Shown: positions 33,082-43,415, counted from the first letter of the stretch. The stretch: 64,000 nt of DNA from a virus (IMGVR_UViG_3300037337_000106:3929-67928), one strand, 5' to 3'. Notes: generated by a model not told the origin, from the letters alone. Numbers and translations are program-made.

Positions 33082-33615
33082 TCAGTTAGAAAGAAATAAG
33101 TATTCAAGATAATCAAACATTTTTTTAAGTGGATGTTTTCCAGCTATGCCTAATGAAGATATAAACATTTCATTTTCTTTTTTATACATTTCAAACATCC
33201 TACCTTGATTCATTTTAGAATATTGAACATTTGCAATACGGTCACATAGTTTAACAAATACTGCATTGGATGTTTGTCTTACTCCTTCATAATATTTTTC
33301 GTTTGCTCTTTCTTTTCTATTCTTTCCCTTTTCATTAGAAACGGCATATATAATGTTAGCAGCTTCTAATCCTAAAACTTCTCTAACATCATTATAAGAA
33401 ACTCTAGTATCTTCAATTAAATCGTGTCCATATGCTGCTAAAATAACATTATCCCTAGATGATGTTTCACCGTCATTTAAGTTTGGTATAAGATCAATAA
33501 AATCTCTAGCAACATTAGCAACCATTCTTAGGTGAAATTCATAAGGAAGATATATATCATACATGTGGTTTGTGCCACTATGTTGCTCCAAACACCATTT
33601 GATTTGTGATTCCAT
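33082..33615 (-). CDS. HD-domain hydrolase, small alarmone hydrolase (SpoT-HD/Mesh1)-like
   Basis: PYEFHL, HDLIEDT, VKLCDRIAN. Confidence 0.8.
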   Translation of the reverse strand: MESQIKWCLEQHSGTNHMYDIYLPYEFHLRMVANVARDFIDLIPNLNDGETSSRDNVILAAYGHDLIEDTRVSYNDVREVLGLEAANIIYAVSNEKGKNRKERANEKYYEGVRQTSNAVFVKLCDRIANVQYSKMNQGRMFEMYKKENEMFISSLGIAGKHPLKKMFDYLEYLFLSN

Positions 33616-33699
33616 AATTGATTTGTTTTAATTCGTATATGTAAATATAATCAACATGTTGACCTATTAAAAATTTAAAGTGTTAAATCTGTGTTAAAG

Positions 33700-34218
33700 T
33701 TAATGAATACGTTTATTTAAAATTCTTATTGCTTTATTAGCACATTCATTAGTTAGTCCATATCCAATATCGATACAATCAGGGTGATTAATGTTATTAG
33801 AGCAACATACGAAATTTCCTAATTGGCTTTTTAACATATCTCGGTCATCATCCAAAATTATATAATTTTCTATTTCTGTGTGTAAATTAAGAACTACTTG
33901 AATTTCATCACCTCTTTGTAAACTGACATGATATTCTTCGTCTTTAACTCTTCTCCATAAATCGGGAGTAATTCCTATAATTTCACCAGGATAACATCGA
34001 TGTTCCCACATCATGCGTAACCTTGCCAATCCCATATGTCTCCATGAAGAACTGATAACTAATTTAGCATCGGTTTCATTTACAATTCTTGCTAAGTTGT
34101 TTACAAACTCCGGATGAAAAATACCTCCAAATTTATCATGCCCTTGTGGAATTACATTAAGTACACCGTCAAAATCCAGAAATATTACTTTTTTGTTTAA
34201 TATTTCTTTAACTTTCAT
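33700..34218 (-). CDS. HAD phosphatase (Swiss-army-knife RNA-repair type), second copy
   Basis: FLDFDGVLN, VISSSWR, RGDEI, YIILDDD. Confidence 0.78.
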   Translation of the reverse strand: MKVKEILNKKVIFLDFDGVLNVIPQGHDKFGGIFHPEFVNNLARIVNETDAKLVISSSWRHMGLARLRMMWEHRCYPGEIIGITPDLWRRVKDEEYHVSLQRGDEIQVVLNLHTEIENYIILDDDRDMLKSQLGNFVCCSNNINHPDCIDIGYGLTNECANKAIRILNKRIH

Positions 34219-35298
34219 AATTAACTTCTATATATTAGTTCCTTGTTTTTGTAAATACTCAACACTGAACCCTGTCCATGTGAAATTGCAAACTGCCATC
34301 CAAAATAATCATAGACTGTTGATGGAAAGTTTTCAGTTAACATATCAATTGCATCTATTTCTTGACCTTCGATACTCGCAAGCTCCCATATTAAATTAGT
34401 GACGCACATTGGTCTCTCAGTATATGGCATATACTGACGTGCATCATATTTATTCTGTCTTTCGATTACAAATTGCATTAGGGTAGTGAACGAAGTCTCA
34501 TCTGTAAAATGATTCTTTATCCTTAATGCTCTTGTTCTTTCAATTTTATTTCTTATTTCAATCTTATTAAAATAATTTTTTACAGATAATAGTTCCTCTG
34601 GACTTTCTAGATGATCCTTTAATCTTTGCACTAATGATTTATTTTCTAACATTTTTTTTATTTTTTAATTGTTTTTATTGATTGTTTTTTACTAATGTCC
34701 TTTAAGTTTGCAAATTCATTGTCATCTTGAATTCCCATAACATCTTTTTCTATACGAGCTGCAATAATATCTAAGTCATCTATGCTAATTTCTAGGAAAT
34801 AATTTCCTTGTGCGTAGTCTAGAAAAATACTTTTTATTTTTTCAGCATTTGATCGGTTATCTGACATAATATAGTTGTTTTAATTTGTATATGTAAATAT
34901 AATCAATATATAGACCTATTAAAAATTTAAAGTGTTAAATCTTTGTTAATGTTTATTAAAACAATACATGAATTTTAAGATAAAAAAACCCCAAGGTACC
35001 TTAGGGTTTTCAATAAACAATATGAGAAGTCTAATTAATCCTTAGACTTCTCATACATCTTTGCAAAGGGGTTGTATACAACCTGTGTTGTTATTAAACA
35101 ACTTTTCTCCTGTGGTAATGATGTGTGATTCTTTGTAACTAATATACTATTGCCTTCTATAAAGAAAGTTTCAGCGTTAATATTTAAATTGACAACATTT
35201 TTTGCACCTTGAATAAAATGTCCTGATGTTGATGTTGGTGCTACGTTTACACCTGATGTTAATGTGCTCATAATTTTGGTTTTATTTTTAAAATTCTA

Positions 35299-36444
35299 TT
35301 AGTATTCGTATTTCATTAGTTTAAAATATTCATCTCCAGTAATTGATACATATTCATTAAATTCTTGAAATTCATTTGCTTGTATTTTGGCAGTTGTAAT
35401 GTCATCAAATATTGTTGAAAACTTCTCACCTTGTCTAGATATACTTACAATATTGTCCTTTAACTGAAGAGGTACTCTATATAGACTTGCAATTGCATCC
35501 TTTGCATTATCATTTGAATACTCAACACCTAAGAAAAACATTCTATCTGTACTTGGGCAATAACATCTAACATATGCTATATTTTCATCGTTTACATTTC
35601 CTTTAAATAAAGTATACACTCCGATATTAGCACTATTAGTAGTACCTACTAAAGCCTCATCTGTTGTATCGTTAACATACGTATCTATTTCATTAAGTTC
35701 GTTTCTAACAAAGTTAAATACTCCTTCAGATCCATTGACTAATTCATGATATTGTAAAACAGCAGACTTAATTTCCTCATTTTTTTCAGTAGCAAATTCA
35801 TTAAAAGTGTAAGTATTGTCATTTAATTCATTTAGCAATTCTTCTGAAATGTGAAACCCATTTATTGAATAGTATTTAGTCTCATCGTAAAACTCAATAG
35901 AAGGACCATCAACACAATGTGGTAGGTTATTTAAACGCTTAATATATTTTGGAGGTTGAATAGCGAAAACAACATGTTCGAATTCAATAGTCTCGAATAC
36001 ATTAGATTCGTTTAGTTCTCTGTATTTATTAAATATCTCATGGTTAACTACCCCTATTTGTGAAAAATAGTCATAGAATGATACCCATCCAAAGTTATTC
36101 CATCCAATATATGAATATCTTAACTTTAAGTTTTCTTTGAATTTTTCTAAGAATGATAAACTTAAGGCATTAGCTCTATACTTCTCTAACATTGATGGAT
36201 ATTCAGATAATTCCATATCAAAACCATCGATCATTGTTATTTTAATAGCAGCTTCGATTAATGAATCACAATAAATTATAGTAGGGTTTGGCAATTTTAA
36301 GAAATCATTGTAAAGCCAATTTATTCCTTTTTCAAACTTTTCCTTGTCAATGCCTTTTCCACATTCATCGTATGCTAAGTTAATCCATTTGTCTCTAATA
36401 ACATCGATCATCGCGGTTTCCTGTGCTGTTAATTCTGTTTTCAT
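35299..36444 (-). CDS. DUF6745-like phage protein
   Basis: WVSFYDYF...PHCVDGPSIEF...CPSTDRMFFLGV. Confidence 0.6.
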   Translation of the reverse strand: MKTELTAQETAMIDVIRDKWINLAYDECGKGIDKEKFEKGINWLYNDFLKLPNPTIIYCDSLIEAAIKITMIDGFDMELSEYPSMLEKYRANALSLSFLEKFKENLKLRYSYIGWNNFGWVSFYDYFSQIGVVNHEIFNKYRELNESNVFETIEFEHVVFAIQPPKYIKRLNNLPHCVDGPSIEFYDETKYYSINGFHISEELLNELNDNTYTFNEFATEKNEEIKSAVLQYHELVNGSEGVFNFVRNELNEIDTYVNDTTDEALVGTTNSANIGVYTLFKGNVNDENIAYVRCYCPSTDRMFFLGVEYSNDNAKDAIASLYRVPLQLKDNIVSISRQGEKFSTIFDDITTAKIQANEFQEFNEYVSITGDEYFKLMKYEY

Positions 36445-36770
36445 TTTTTTTTAGTTTTAATTAATTATTATATGTAAATATAATCAATATATAGGATCTA
36501 TTAAAAATTTAAAATGTTAAATCTTTGTTAATGTTTATTTGTCTTTATTAATCATTACTGGAAAGTCTCGAACAATACTATATACTGTGAAAAACACAAA
36601 AAAAGCATTGAGTAACATTAAAAACATTCCCAAATAAAATAAATATGTGTCTTTCATACTCATTAGATTTAGAGAAAGATTATGAATTTCAAATGATAAG
36701 AACACATAAATAATCTTAAAAATAATAATTCCGGCGTTTTGAATTGTTTTCATGTTTTTTATATAATATA

Positions 36771-37436
36771 TTAATGGATTGTTTCATTAGAATGATGGTC
36801 CAATTCATGTTTTAATAATGATTGTATTGGTCTGTTTTTAATTAATGATAAAACTTCTTCTAAAGAGTATGGATGGAAGTCTAAACTTCCATCAAGCCCT
36901 ACATCCATCATTTTACCTGGACCTATCTTAAATTCATGTGGAGTGTGAATGTGACCATGAATATGCATAACACCATTTTGCATGTCTTGCCAACTAGCTA
37001 AAGGGTAATGACTCATAACGAATTTGTTTCGATTTGATTTATTGCCTTTAACTAACGGAGGGGTTACTATTGTTACCATTTTTAATTCGCTTACTGATGT
37101 AAAAATATCTCTAACACCATCTTTATTATTCATAATATGATGATCGTGATTTCCCAAAAATAAGTGGATATTTTTACATCTTAATTGATTTCTAAATTCA
37201 GTAATGGAATATATTCCACCGAAACTCCAATCACCTAGGTGTATTAAGATATCGTTTTCTCCTACTAATGTATTTATATTATCTACTATACGATTGTTCA
37301 TCACGTGTAACGAATCATAGTCCCTGGTCCCTTTCTTGCCATCCCATTGTGATATGCCTGAACATATGTTAGTATGGTTATAATGTGTATCACTTGTAAA
37401 GAACAATTTTTGTCCTGGAATAAGTGTGATTTTCAT
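36771..37436 (-). CDS. calcineurin-like metallophosphoesterase
   Basis: SDTHYNH, HLGD, GNHD, HYP, HGHIH. Confidence 0.88.
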   Translation of the reverse strand: MKITLIPGQKLFFTSDTHYNHTNICSGISQWDGKKGTRDYDSLHVMNNRIVDNINTLVGENDILIHLGDWSFGGIYSITEFRNQLRCKNIHLFLGNHDHHIMNNKDGVRDIFTSVSELKMVTIVTPPLVKGNKSNRNKFVMSHYPLASWQDMQNGVMHIHGHIHTPHEFKIGPGKMMDVGLDGSLDFHPYSLEEVLSLIKNRPIQSLLKHELDHHSNETIH

Positions 37437-38149
37437 AATATGATTGTTTTAATTCGTATATGTAAATATAATCAATATATTGACCTATTAAAAATATAAA
37501 GTGTTAAATCTTTGTTAAAGTTTTATTATAGAATACATATTCAATATCATTTTGTAGGCATTTTGCCTTACTGAATACCATAATGAATTCTTTACTAAAT
37601 CAGTTAATTTGATATGTACTAAATTCCTCTCCGAAGTCCATATTCTATCAGATACTGTATTTCGTACTGAAGTCCTGGTTTGATTTCCTATGGAAATGGA
37701 TATTGAATGACATATGTCGTTACATATATTATCATATACTGAATCGCATACTGAATCACATACTGCGTTTCGTGCTGGATTCCATGCTAAATCATTTATA
37801 GGTTTACCTAGTTTCATATTACTCTGTCTATATAATCATTTAAGAAACATTGGGTGTTAAAACTTTGTTAAATCTTTTTAACACTTTCATTTTATCTATT
37901 TCAAATCCAATACATTCAAGGCTTTTACTAGAAAAAATAACAGCGCTAAGATTAGAATCCATAATAACTCTGTCGTACTCACCTGTTATTTTTTCCCTGA
38001 CAACGAAACAAAAAATGTTTTTAGGGCGTCATTATTTAATCCATTGTTCGAATGAGAATATGAAGTACTTACATTGTCATTAAACCATTCATGTGTTTCT
38101 GATTCAAAGTAAATTCCATCTGACTCGAGATATTGATTTCTTTTCATTT

Positions 38150-38794
38150 TTATAATGAATTAGGATAATATAATAATGTTGGATTCTTTTTTTGTATATC
38201 TATATTAGGATATTTACCTTTAAATTGTAAGGTATCAAATCTAGATGTTATTAAATGAAAACCACTTTTTGTTGGTATAATTTTTTCGATCTTAGGGCCT
38301 ATTATATATCCAATAGGCCCGCCTATATCATCATATTCTATTACAGTGTAAGGGCGACAATGGTATTCAATATGTGCCATCATTACAGGAGAAACTTCAT
38401 CAACATCATCGATATCAATAATCCATCTTTTTTCGTGAGTCTTTAATTGTCCAACTACTGAATCAAATAATGCTTTTTGATTTTGATTGCCATCTTGTAT
38501 CCTCCGTGCAAGTGTAACCATCATAGCTAGTGAAACGTCTTTATGATTTTGTTTTTGAACATGAATATATGCTCTAGCTTTAAACATTTCACATAATTGA
38601 ATAATCTCAGCATATCTTGATTCTAGATGTTCGATACTTTCGATGCAATACGTCTTTATTGTGCGTACTGACTGATGTGAACTTCTTTCTTCAATAGGTT
38701 GATCTTTCTTTCGCTTTAACACATATAACATATAGAAGTCTCCTTTGTTTTCAAAATCAAGAAGTGTTTTAATTATTTCTAAATTATCTATCAT
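38150..38794 (-). CDS. hypothetical protein, possible AEP (primase-polymerase)-like fold
   Basis: WIIDID and TKSGFHLI motifs. Confidence 0.4.
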   Translation of the reverse strand: MIDNLEIIKTLLDFENKGDFYMLYVLKRKKDQPIEERSSHQSVRTIKTYCIESIEHLESRYAEIIQLCEMFKARAYIHVQKQNHKDVSLAMMVTLARRIQDGNQNQKALFDSVVGQLKTHEKRWIIDIDDVDEVSPVMMAHIEYHCRPYTVIEYDDIGGPIGYIIGPKIEKIIPTKSGFHLITSRFDTLQFKGKYPNIDIQKKNPTLLYYPNSL

Positions 38795-39541
38795 AATATT
38801 GTTTTAATTATTGTCTTTGAATAAGGAGCATTATCATCATGTTCTCTTTCTAGTTCTAAATTAAGTTAAACTTAGTTAATTTGTCTCGACTAGTCTCTTT
38901 GTTAATTCCTATTAAATATTGGTTAACATTATGCACTATATATTTGCTATAAAACATTGTAATATAACTTAAAGTTACTAAACTCTTATCAGAAACTTTA
39001 TTTTTAAGATTGATTTTTTTGTTTTTAAAGTCACTAATTGCCTGTAAAATATTATTTTTGTAACCAGATTTTCCATCTACTAAATTAATAATATTATTCG
39101 AAAGGTATGAATTCACTACGATTCTTAACTGGTGTGGTTTTTTCCCCTTGAGGTATGATATAATATACTCGTCATAATTAATGATATTAAAAATACCATC
39201 ATTGTTTTTGTATATTGCAATTTTAAAATTATTTATCATGATGTAGTTGTTTTAATTTATATATGTAAATATAAACAATATTTACGTCTAACAAAAATTA
39301 AAAATGTTAACTTTTTGTTAAAATAATCTAGCTGGACAAATTGCCATGTGATCGTAAAAACTCTCGCATCGCATCAACTACTTCTTTATCATTTTCACAT
39401 AGTATACCCCTTATTAGAATATCTCCATTTTCACATAGTCGTAGTATTTCATTATTTTCATTTGCACATATAAATGTAAAATCATTACGATATAAAGGTG
39501 CAGCTGCTATGAAATGCATGCCATTTGTTAATTCATCCATC

Positions 39542-40267
39542 TTAAATAAATGTTATAGTATTAGTTTCTTTGTCCCAATCAAATGTTATTGGTATATTAG
39601 TATATCGGTATTCTTCATTTAATATTGAAGCATTAAAAAAGTGAGTACCATTGTGGAATAGATATCCTGCACTTCCATGAATATGCCCAAACACATGAAT
39701 TTTTGGCTTAATCAAATCAACTCTTTCTCTTAATAGTGAACAACCTAGTAGAGGTTCATTATGTGGATATCCACTGGTATCTAATATCCCTGATGGAGGA
39801 CCATGTGTAATTAATATATCAGTGTCGGATGGAATTGCTTCCCATTTTGACATTAGCCCAGGTCCATTCTTAGGGAGATTAAATGCCCAACTATAAAATT
39901 CAGGCTGCCATGGAGTTCCGTATATTTTAATGTTATCTCCGGTTAAATCTCCATTAGGTCCATCATTATATATTGTTAATTGATTGTCCTGTAAATAATC
40001 AATCGAGGTATACTCTCTATAAATTCGATTAGCATCATCTGGTTTGTTTTCAAATAATCTATCATGATTTCCTGCTATAAATATTTTTGAATCATATTGA
40101 CTCAGTGAATTATACCAATAACAAAAGTCCTTTGCGTCATTTGAATTAAAGCCTGAATTCATTAAATCACCAGCATGAATTAAGATATCTCCACCTGGTA
40201 AATCTGCTGGATTTATTAAACCATGTCTAGTGTGAGTATCTGATATTAACGTTATTCTCTGTTTCAT
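39542..40267 (-). CDS. metallophosphoesterase (MPPED/239FB-like)
   Basis: SDTH, HAGD, AGNHD, ITHGPP, FGHIH. Confidence 0.88.
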   Translation of the reverse strand: MKQRITLISDTHTRHGLINPADLPGGDILIHAGDLMNSGFNSNDAKDFCYWYNSLSQYDSKIFIAGNHDRLFENKPDDANRIYREYTSIDYLQDNQLTIYNDGPNGDLTGDNIKIYGTPWQPEFYSWAFNLPKNGPGLMSKWEAIPSDTDILITHGPPSGILDTSGYPHNEPLLGCSLLRERVDLIKPKIHVFGHIHGSAGYLFHNGTHFFNASILNEEYRYTNIPITFDWDKETNTITFI

Positions 40268-40556
40268 CCTTTTAAGTTTCTTTTTATAAATTTAGACTCA
40301 TTCTTGTTTAGGATAATAATATATCTAACGTTATTCTTGTCTTTATATACCTGATATCTTACGCATTCTATTTGATGCCATTCGTTAGTGTAGCTATAAT
40401 CCTTTAATTGACTCTCAATACTTCCACATGATATTAAACTAAATGCAAATATTATTAATAATTTCTTCATAGATTGATTTTATATCTTACTCAAAGGCTT
40501 AAATACTTTAGTTATATTGACAGTTCACTGGAATGTTTCAGTAATTTGATAAAATA

Positions 40557-40973
40557 TTATGTATACTGCTCACAACGTCTCTTATAGTTTCCTAAAAGAC
40601 CTATGATGTTGTCAGCACCTACTGGATTTGCAGAGTGAGAATAGAATATTGGTAGTTTTTGATTATTATCAATACAATAATCTACTAACCATTTTGCACA
40701 ATCCATACCTGTTTTTTCAGTATAATTCTGTGCATCTTGATAATCCTTGCTTACCTGATAATCATGCCAGTATTCCTCTGGTGTATAATGTTCATCCGCT
40801 AAATCATGATCGAAAGATATTAAATAAGGAAGACCAAATTTAGTTATCCATTGTGTAAATTGCTCATAATTCAAAACCCATTCAATAGTACCTGCTTCCT
40901 TTGGTACTCTTCCTTCTATATCTAAGTAAGGATTTCTTAAATCATCTAACCATAATATTTTTAAATTGCTCAT
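40557..40973 (-). CDS. cyclic-phosphate-processing receiver-like domain protein
   Basis: LWLDDLR, ISFDHDL, TGMDCAKWL, HSANPVG. Confidence 0.75.
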   Translation of the reverse strand: MSNLKILWLDDLRNPYLDIEGRVPKEAGTIEWVLNYEQFTQWITKFGLPYLISFDHDLADEHYTPEEYWHDYQVSKDYQDAQNYTEKTGMDCAKWLVDYCIDNNQKLPIFYSHSANPVGADNIIGLLGNYKRRCEQYT

Positions 40974-41059
40974 AATATTGATGTTTTAATTTTGTATATG
41001 TAAATATAAACAAAAAAACCCTGATTAAAAAATCAGGGTTGTTAAATCTTTGTTAAAGT

Positions 41060-41593
41060 TTAGACTGAAAAGAACATGTATTTTTTCCATTCTTCAGGAA
41101 TATATTCAATAGATTTCATTAACATTAAATAATGAGGTCTTTTTGGTACAGGTATTTCTTTACCGAATTCCTCTAAACTTAAATCAGCCTTTTCTCCGTT
41201 GCATCTTTTGCATGCAGTTACTAAATTATCCCACGTATTTCCACCTCTCTTGGATTGAGGAACAACATGATCTATTGTTAGTGTCTTGATATTATCATCT
41301 CCACAATATACACACATGTTTCCATCTCTCTTAAATACATTCTCCCTTGTTAATGGAACTTTATTATGTCGAGTGTTTACATATTTTTGAACCCTAATAA
41401 CCGATGGTTTCTTTATAATAGTATTTGGATTAACTAACTTGAAATTGCAATCATGTTCTTCAACAATTGCAGCGTTTCCTTTAATAACAACGACAAATGC
41501 TCGTAGGCTACTGATAATACTTCTTGGCATGTAACTAGAGTCAAGCACTAGTGTTTTGGTGTACTTTTTCATCGATATTGTATGATTATACAT
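41060..41593 (-). CDS. HNH endonuclease
   Basis: RD...CVYCG...TIDHVVPQS.RGG..WDNLVTAC..CN..K. Confidence 0.9.
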   Translation of the reverse strand: MYNHTISMKKYTKTLVLDSSYMPRSIISSLRAFVVVIKGNAAIVEEHDCNFKLVNPNTIIKKPSVIRVQKYVNTRHNKVPLTRENVFKRDGNMCVYCGDDNIKTLTIDHVVPQSKRGGNTWDNLVTACKRCNGEKADLSLEEFGKEIPVPKRPHYLMLMKSIEYIPEEWKKYMFFSV

Positions 41594-41704
41594 ATTAGAT
41601 TAAAGTGTCTTAAAATCATCTAATATATGATTAATTATTATATGTAAATCTAAACAAAAAAATCCGTATTAAAAAATACGGAGTGTTAAATCTTTGTTAA
41701 AGTT

Positions 41705-41776
41705 GCACGACCCCTAGGAATCGAACCTAGCCGTAGTAGTTTTGGAGACCATACCGGCACCTTGCCTGTGAGAAGT
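41705..41776 (-). tRNA. tRNA-Trp(CCA), atypical (short D arm, mismatched acceptor)
   Basis: Loop CTCCAAA; T arm CTAGG-TTCGATT-CCTAG. Confidence 0.6.
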
Positions 41777-41849
41777 ATTTAAAGAAACTGTCTAAGCTAA
41801 TTTCTACCATATAGGTTGTCTAAAGGTTGCTCTGTTTCTTTAATATTAG

Positions 41850-41921
41850 AACCTCTAACGGGAGTCGAACCCATGTTTGATCTTTAGAAGAGATCCGTTT
41901 TTCCAATTAAACTATAGAGGC
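41850..41921 (-). tRNA. tRNA-Arg(TCT)
   Basis: Cloverleaf; GATCT-CTTCTAA-AGATC. Confidence 0.9.
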
Positions 41922-41922
41922 A

Positions 41923-42158
41923 AATTCCTGAATTTCGTTTCAGGAGACGTAAGTAAATAACTTCCTAGAAGTTAATACCTAACAGCAACTACGCTGCTAA
42001 GGCAAATTTGTCGTTTGCGTTGATATTAATCTCGTCCTATATTCTATATCGTAATCAACACCATTCATGCCCTTTTTTAATACTTTTAATTTAGTGGACA
42101 TGTCGAGAGTCGAACTCGAGTCTTACAAAACGTTTATAAGCTTCAACAATTAATATTT
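41923..42158 (-). ncRNA. ssrA: circularly permuted two-piece tmRNA (acceptor piece ~42158-42095; coding piece 42072-~41923; tag ANDKFALAA at 42018-41989)
   Basis: GGGCATG/CATGTCC-A acceptor stem with G3.U70; T arm TCGAG-TTCGACT-CTCGA; tag ORF GCAAACGACAAATTTGCCTTAGCAGCGTAG. Confidence 0.88.
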
Positions 42159-42159
42159 G

Positions 42160-42232
42160 AAATCCTAATAGGACTCGAACCTATATCCTCTGTGTTCGTA
42201 GCACAGGGCTCTTCCAATTAAGCTATAGGATT
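42160..42232 (-). tRNA. tRNA-Arg(ACG)
   Basis: CTGTG-CTACGAA-CACAG. Confidence 0.9.
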
Positions 42233-42238
42233 ATATAG

Positions 42239-42320
42239 TTCCCCTTGCGAGAATTGCACTCGCACACCATAAAGGCACCAGATTTTAAGTCTGACATGTC
42301 TACTGTTCCATCAAAGGGGA
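42239..42320 (-). tRNA. tRNA-Leu(TAA)
   Basis: Loop CTTAAAA; long variable arm. Confidence 0.85.
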
Positions 42321-42418
42321 ATTTAAAAGATAATCCCGTAGATTATCTGCTCAACTTAAGGTATTGAGTTTGTTTGAAATTAATTCATTACCAAGTCATT
42401 CTCCATTTTGGAGATGTC

Positions 42419-42491
42419 GGGTGTTAGGACGGTACCGCCCCGTCTTCTCAAGATTCACAGTCTTGCGCTTCACTAAAAAGCTTCAAACACC
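42419..42491 (-). tRNA. tRNA-His(GTG)
   Basis: Loop CTGTGAA; C73; non-canonical T loop GGCGGTA. Confidence 0.8.
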
Positions 42492-42503
42492 ATATTAATT
42501 TTG

Positions 42504-42572
42504 TTGCGATTACAAGTTACGCTCCTGTCTGAAAATACTTATGAGATATTCTCGATCCTAGATCAAATCGCA
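42504..42572 (-). tRNA. tRNA with CAT anticodon (Met/Ile2), truncated D arm
   Basis: AATAT-CTCATAA-GTATT; TGCGATT/AATCGCA acceptor. Confidence 0.7.
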
Positions 42573-42576
42573 ATTT

Positions 42577-42701
42577 AAGTATCGTATTAAGTTTGTCTAT
42601 CAAGATTCGAACTTGATCAACCGAAGACAACGTTATGATATAGAACGGCCGTAATGTATCATAGGCTGGTGCACCATTTCTTTAATATTTTACCGATACT
42701 T
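42577..42701 (-). ncRNA. putative Y-shaped small RNA containing a T-arm module
   Basis: Terminal stem AAGTATCG/CGATACTT; TTGTCT...ATCAAG-TTCGAAT-CTTGAT-AGACAA. Confidence 0.5.
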
Positions 42702-42703
42702 AG

Positions 42704-42788
42704 TAGAGAGAAGAGGTTTCGATCCCCATCCATTTTATTGGACCAACTGTTTAGCAAACAGTGCTAGAACCATTCTAGTTTACTCTCT
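42704..42788 (-). tRNA. tRNA-Ser(GCT)
   Basis: Loop TTGCTAA; long variable arm. Confidence 0.85.
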
Positions 42789-42795
42789 ATTATTA

Positions 42796-42866
42796 TTCAC
42801 ATTGGGAAGATTTGAACTTCCATTTCATCACACAGGGATGCGTGCTAACCGTTCTACTACATGTGA
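42796..42866 (-). pseudogene. tandem duplicate of tRNA-Ile with a destroyed anticodon loop
   Basis: Near-identical D and T arms to 42873-42944; anticodon arm CATCCCTGTGTGATG. Confidence 0.7.
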
Positions 42867-42872
42867 ATATTG

Positions 42873-42944
42873 TTCACCTGGGAAGAATTGAACTTCCATT
42901 TCATCCTTATCAGAGATGTGTGCTAACCATTCTACTACAGGTGA
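42873..42944 (-). tRNA. tRNA-Ile(GAT)
   Basis: CATCT-CTGATAA-GGATG. Confidence 0.9.
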
Positions 42945-42949
42945 ATTTG

Positions 42950-43088
42950 CGCCCAAAGATGGAATTGAACCAACCTTACTAACTACATATTTAATCACTT
43001 TCCATGCTTTATCTAGATCATCGGGAAGTAATATTAAATCATCGTTAGCCCACTTACCACTAAGAACGTTCTTATTGACTATTCGGGC
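42950..43088 (-). ncRNA. 139-nt tRNA-shell RNA with an extended anticodon-position arm
   Basis: GCCCGAA/TTTGGGC-G acceptor; T arm GTTGG-TTCAATT-CCATC. Confidence 0.6.
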
Positions 43089-43185
43089 AATTGATCGCTA
43101 AAGGTGAGAGCCTTACACCGAATATTTTATTCACGGTCGTCCTGTCATAACACCACGGTCTCTTTTTATTTATTTTAGCGATTTG

Positions 43186-43257
43186 CTGCTCCACTAGGAA
43201 TCGAACCTAGATAAAATGATTAACAGTCATCCGTAATAACCTTTATACGATAGAGCA
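43186..43257 (-). tRNA. tRNA-Asn(GTT)
   Basis: Loop CTGTTAA; G73. Confidence 0.9.
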
Positions 43258-43291
43258 AAATTATCCGTCTTTCCGGATTGTCTTATTTTAG

Positions 43292-43363
43292 CGGACCCTG
43301 AGAATTTCGAAATCTCGACCCGTTGCCTAACAAACAACCGCTCTGCCTCTGAGCTAAAGATCC
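43292..43363 (-). tRNA. tRNA-Asn(GTT), second divergent copy
   Basis: GTTGT-TTGTTAG-GCAAC; G73. Confidence 0.75.
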
Positions 43364-43415
43364 ATATCCGTCTTTCCGGATTGTCGTTTGACGTTCAGCA
43401 TTACCTTTAACGTTG

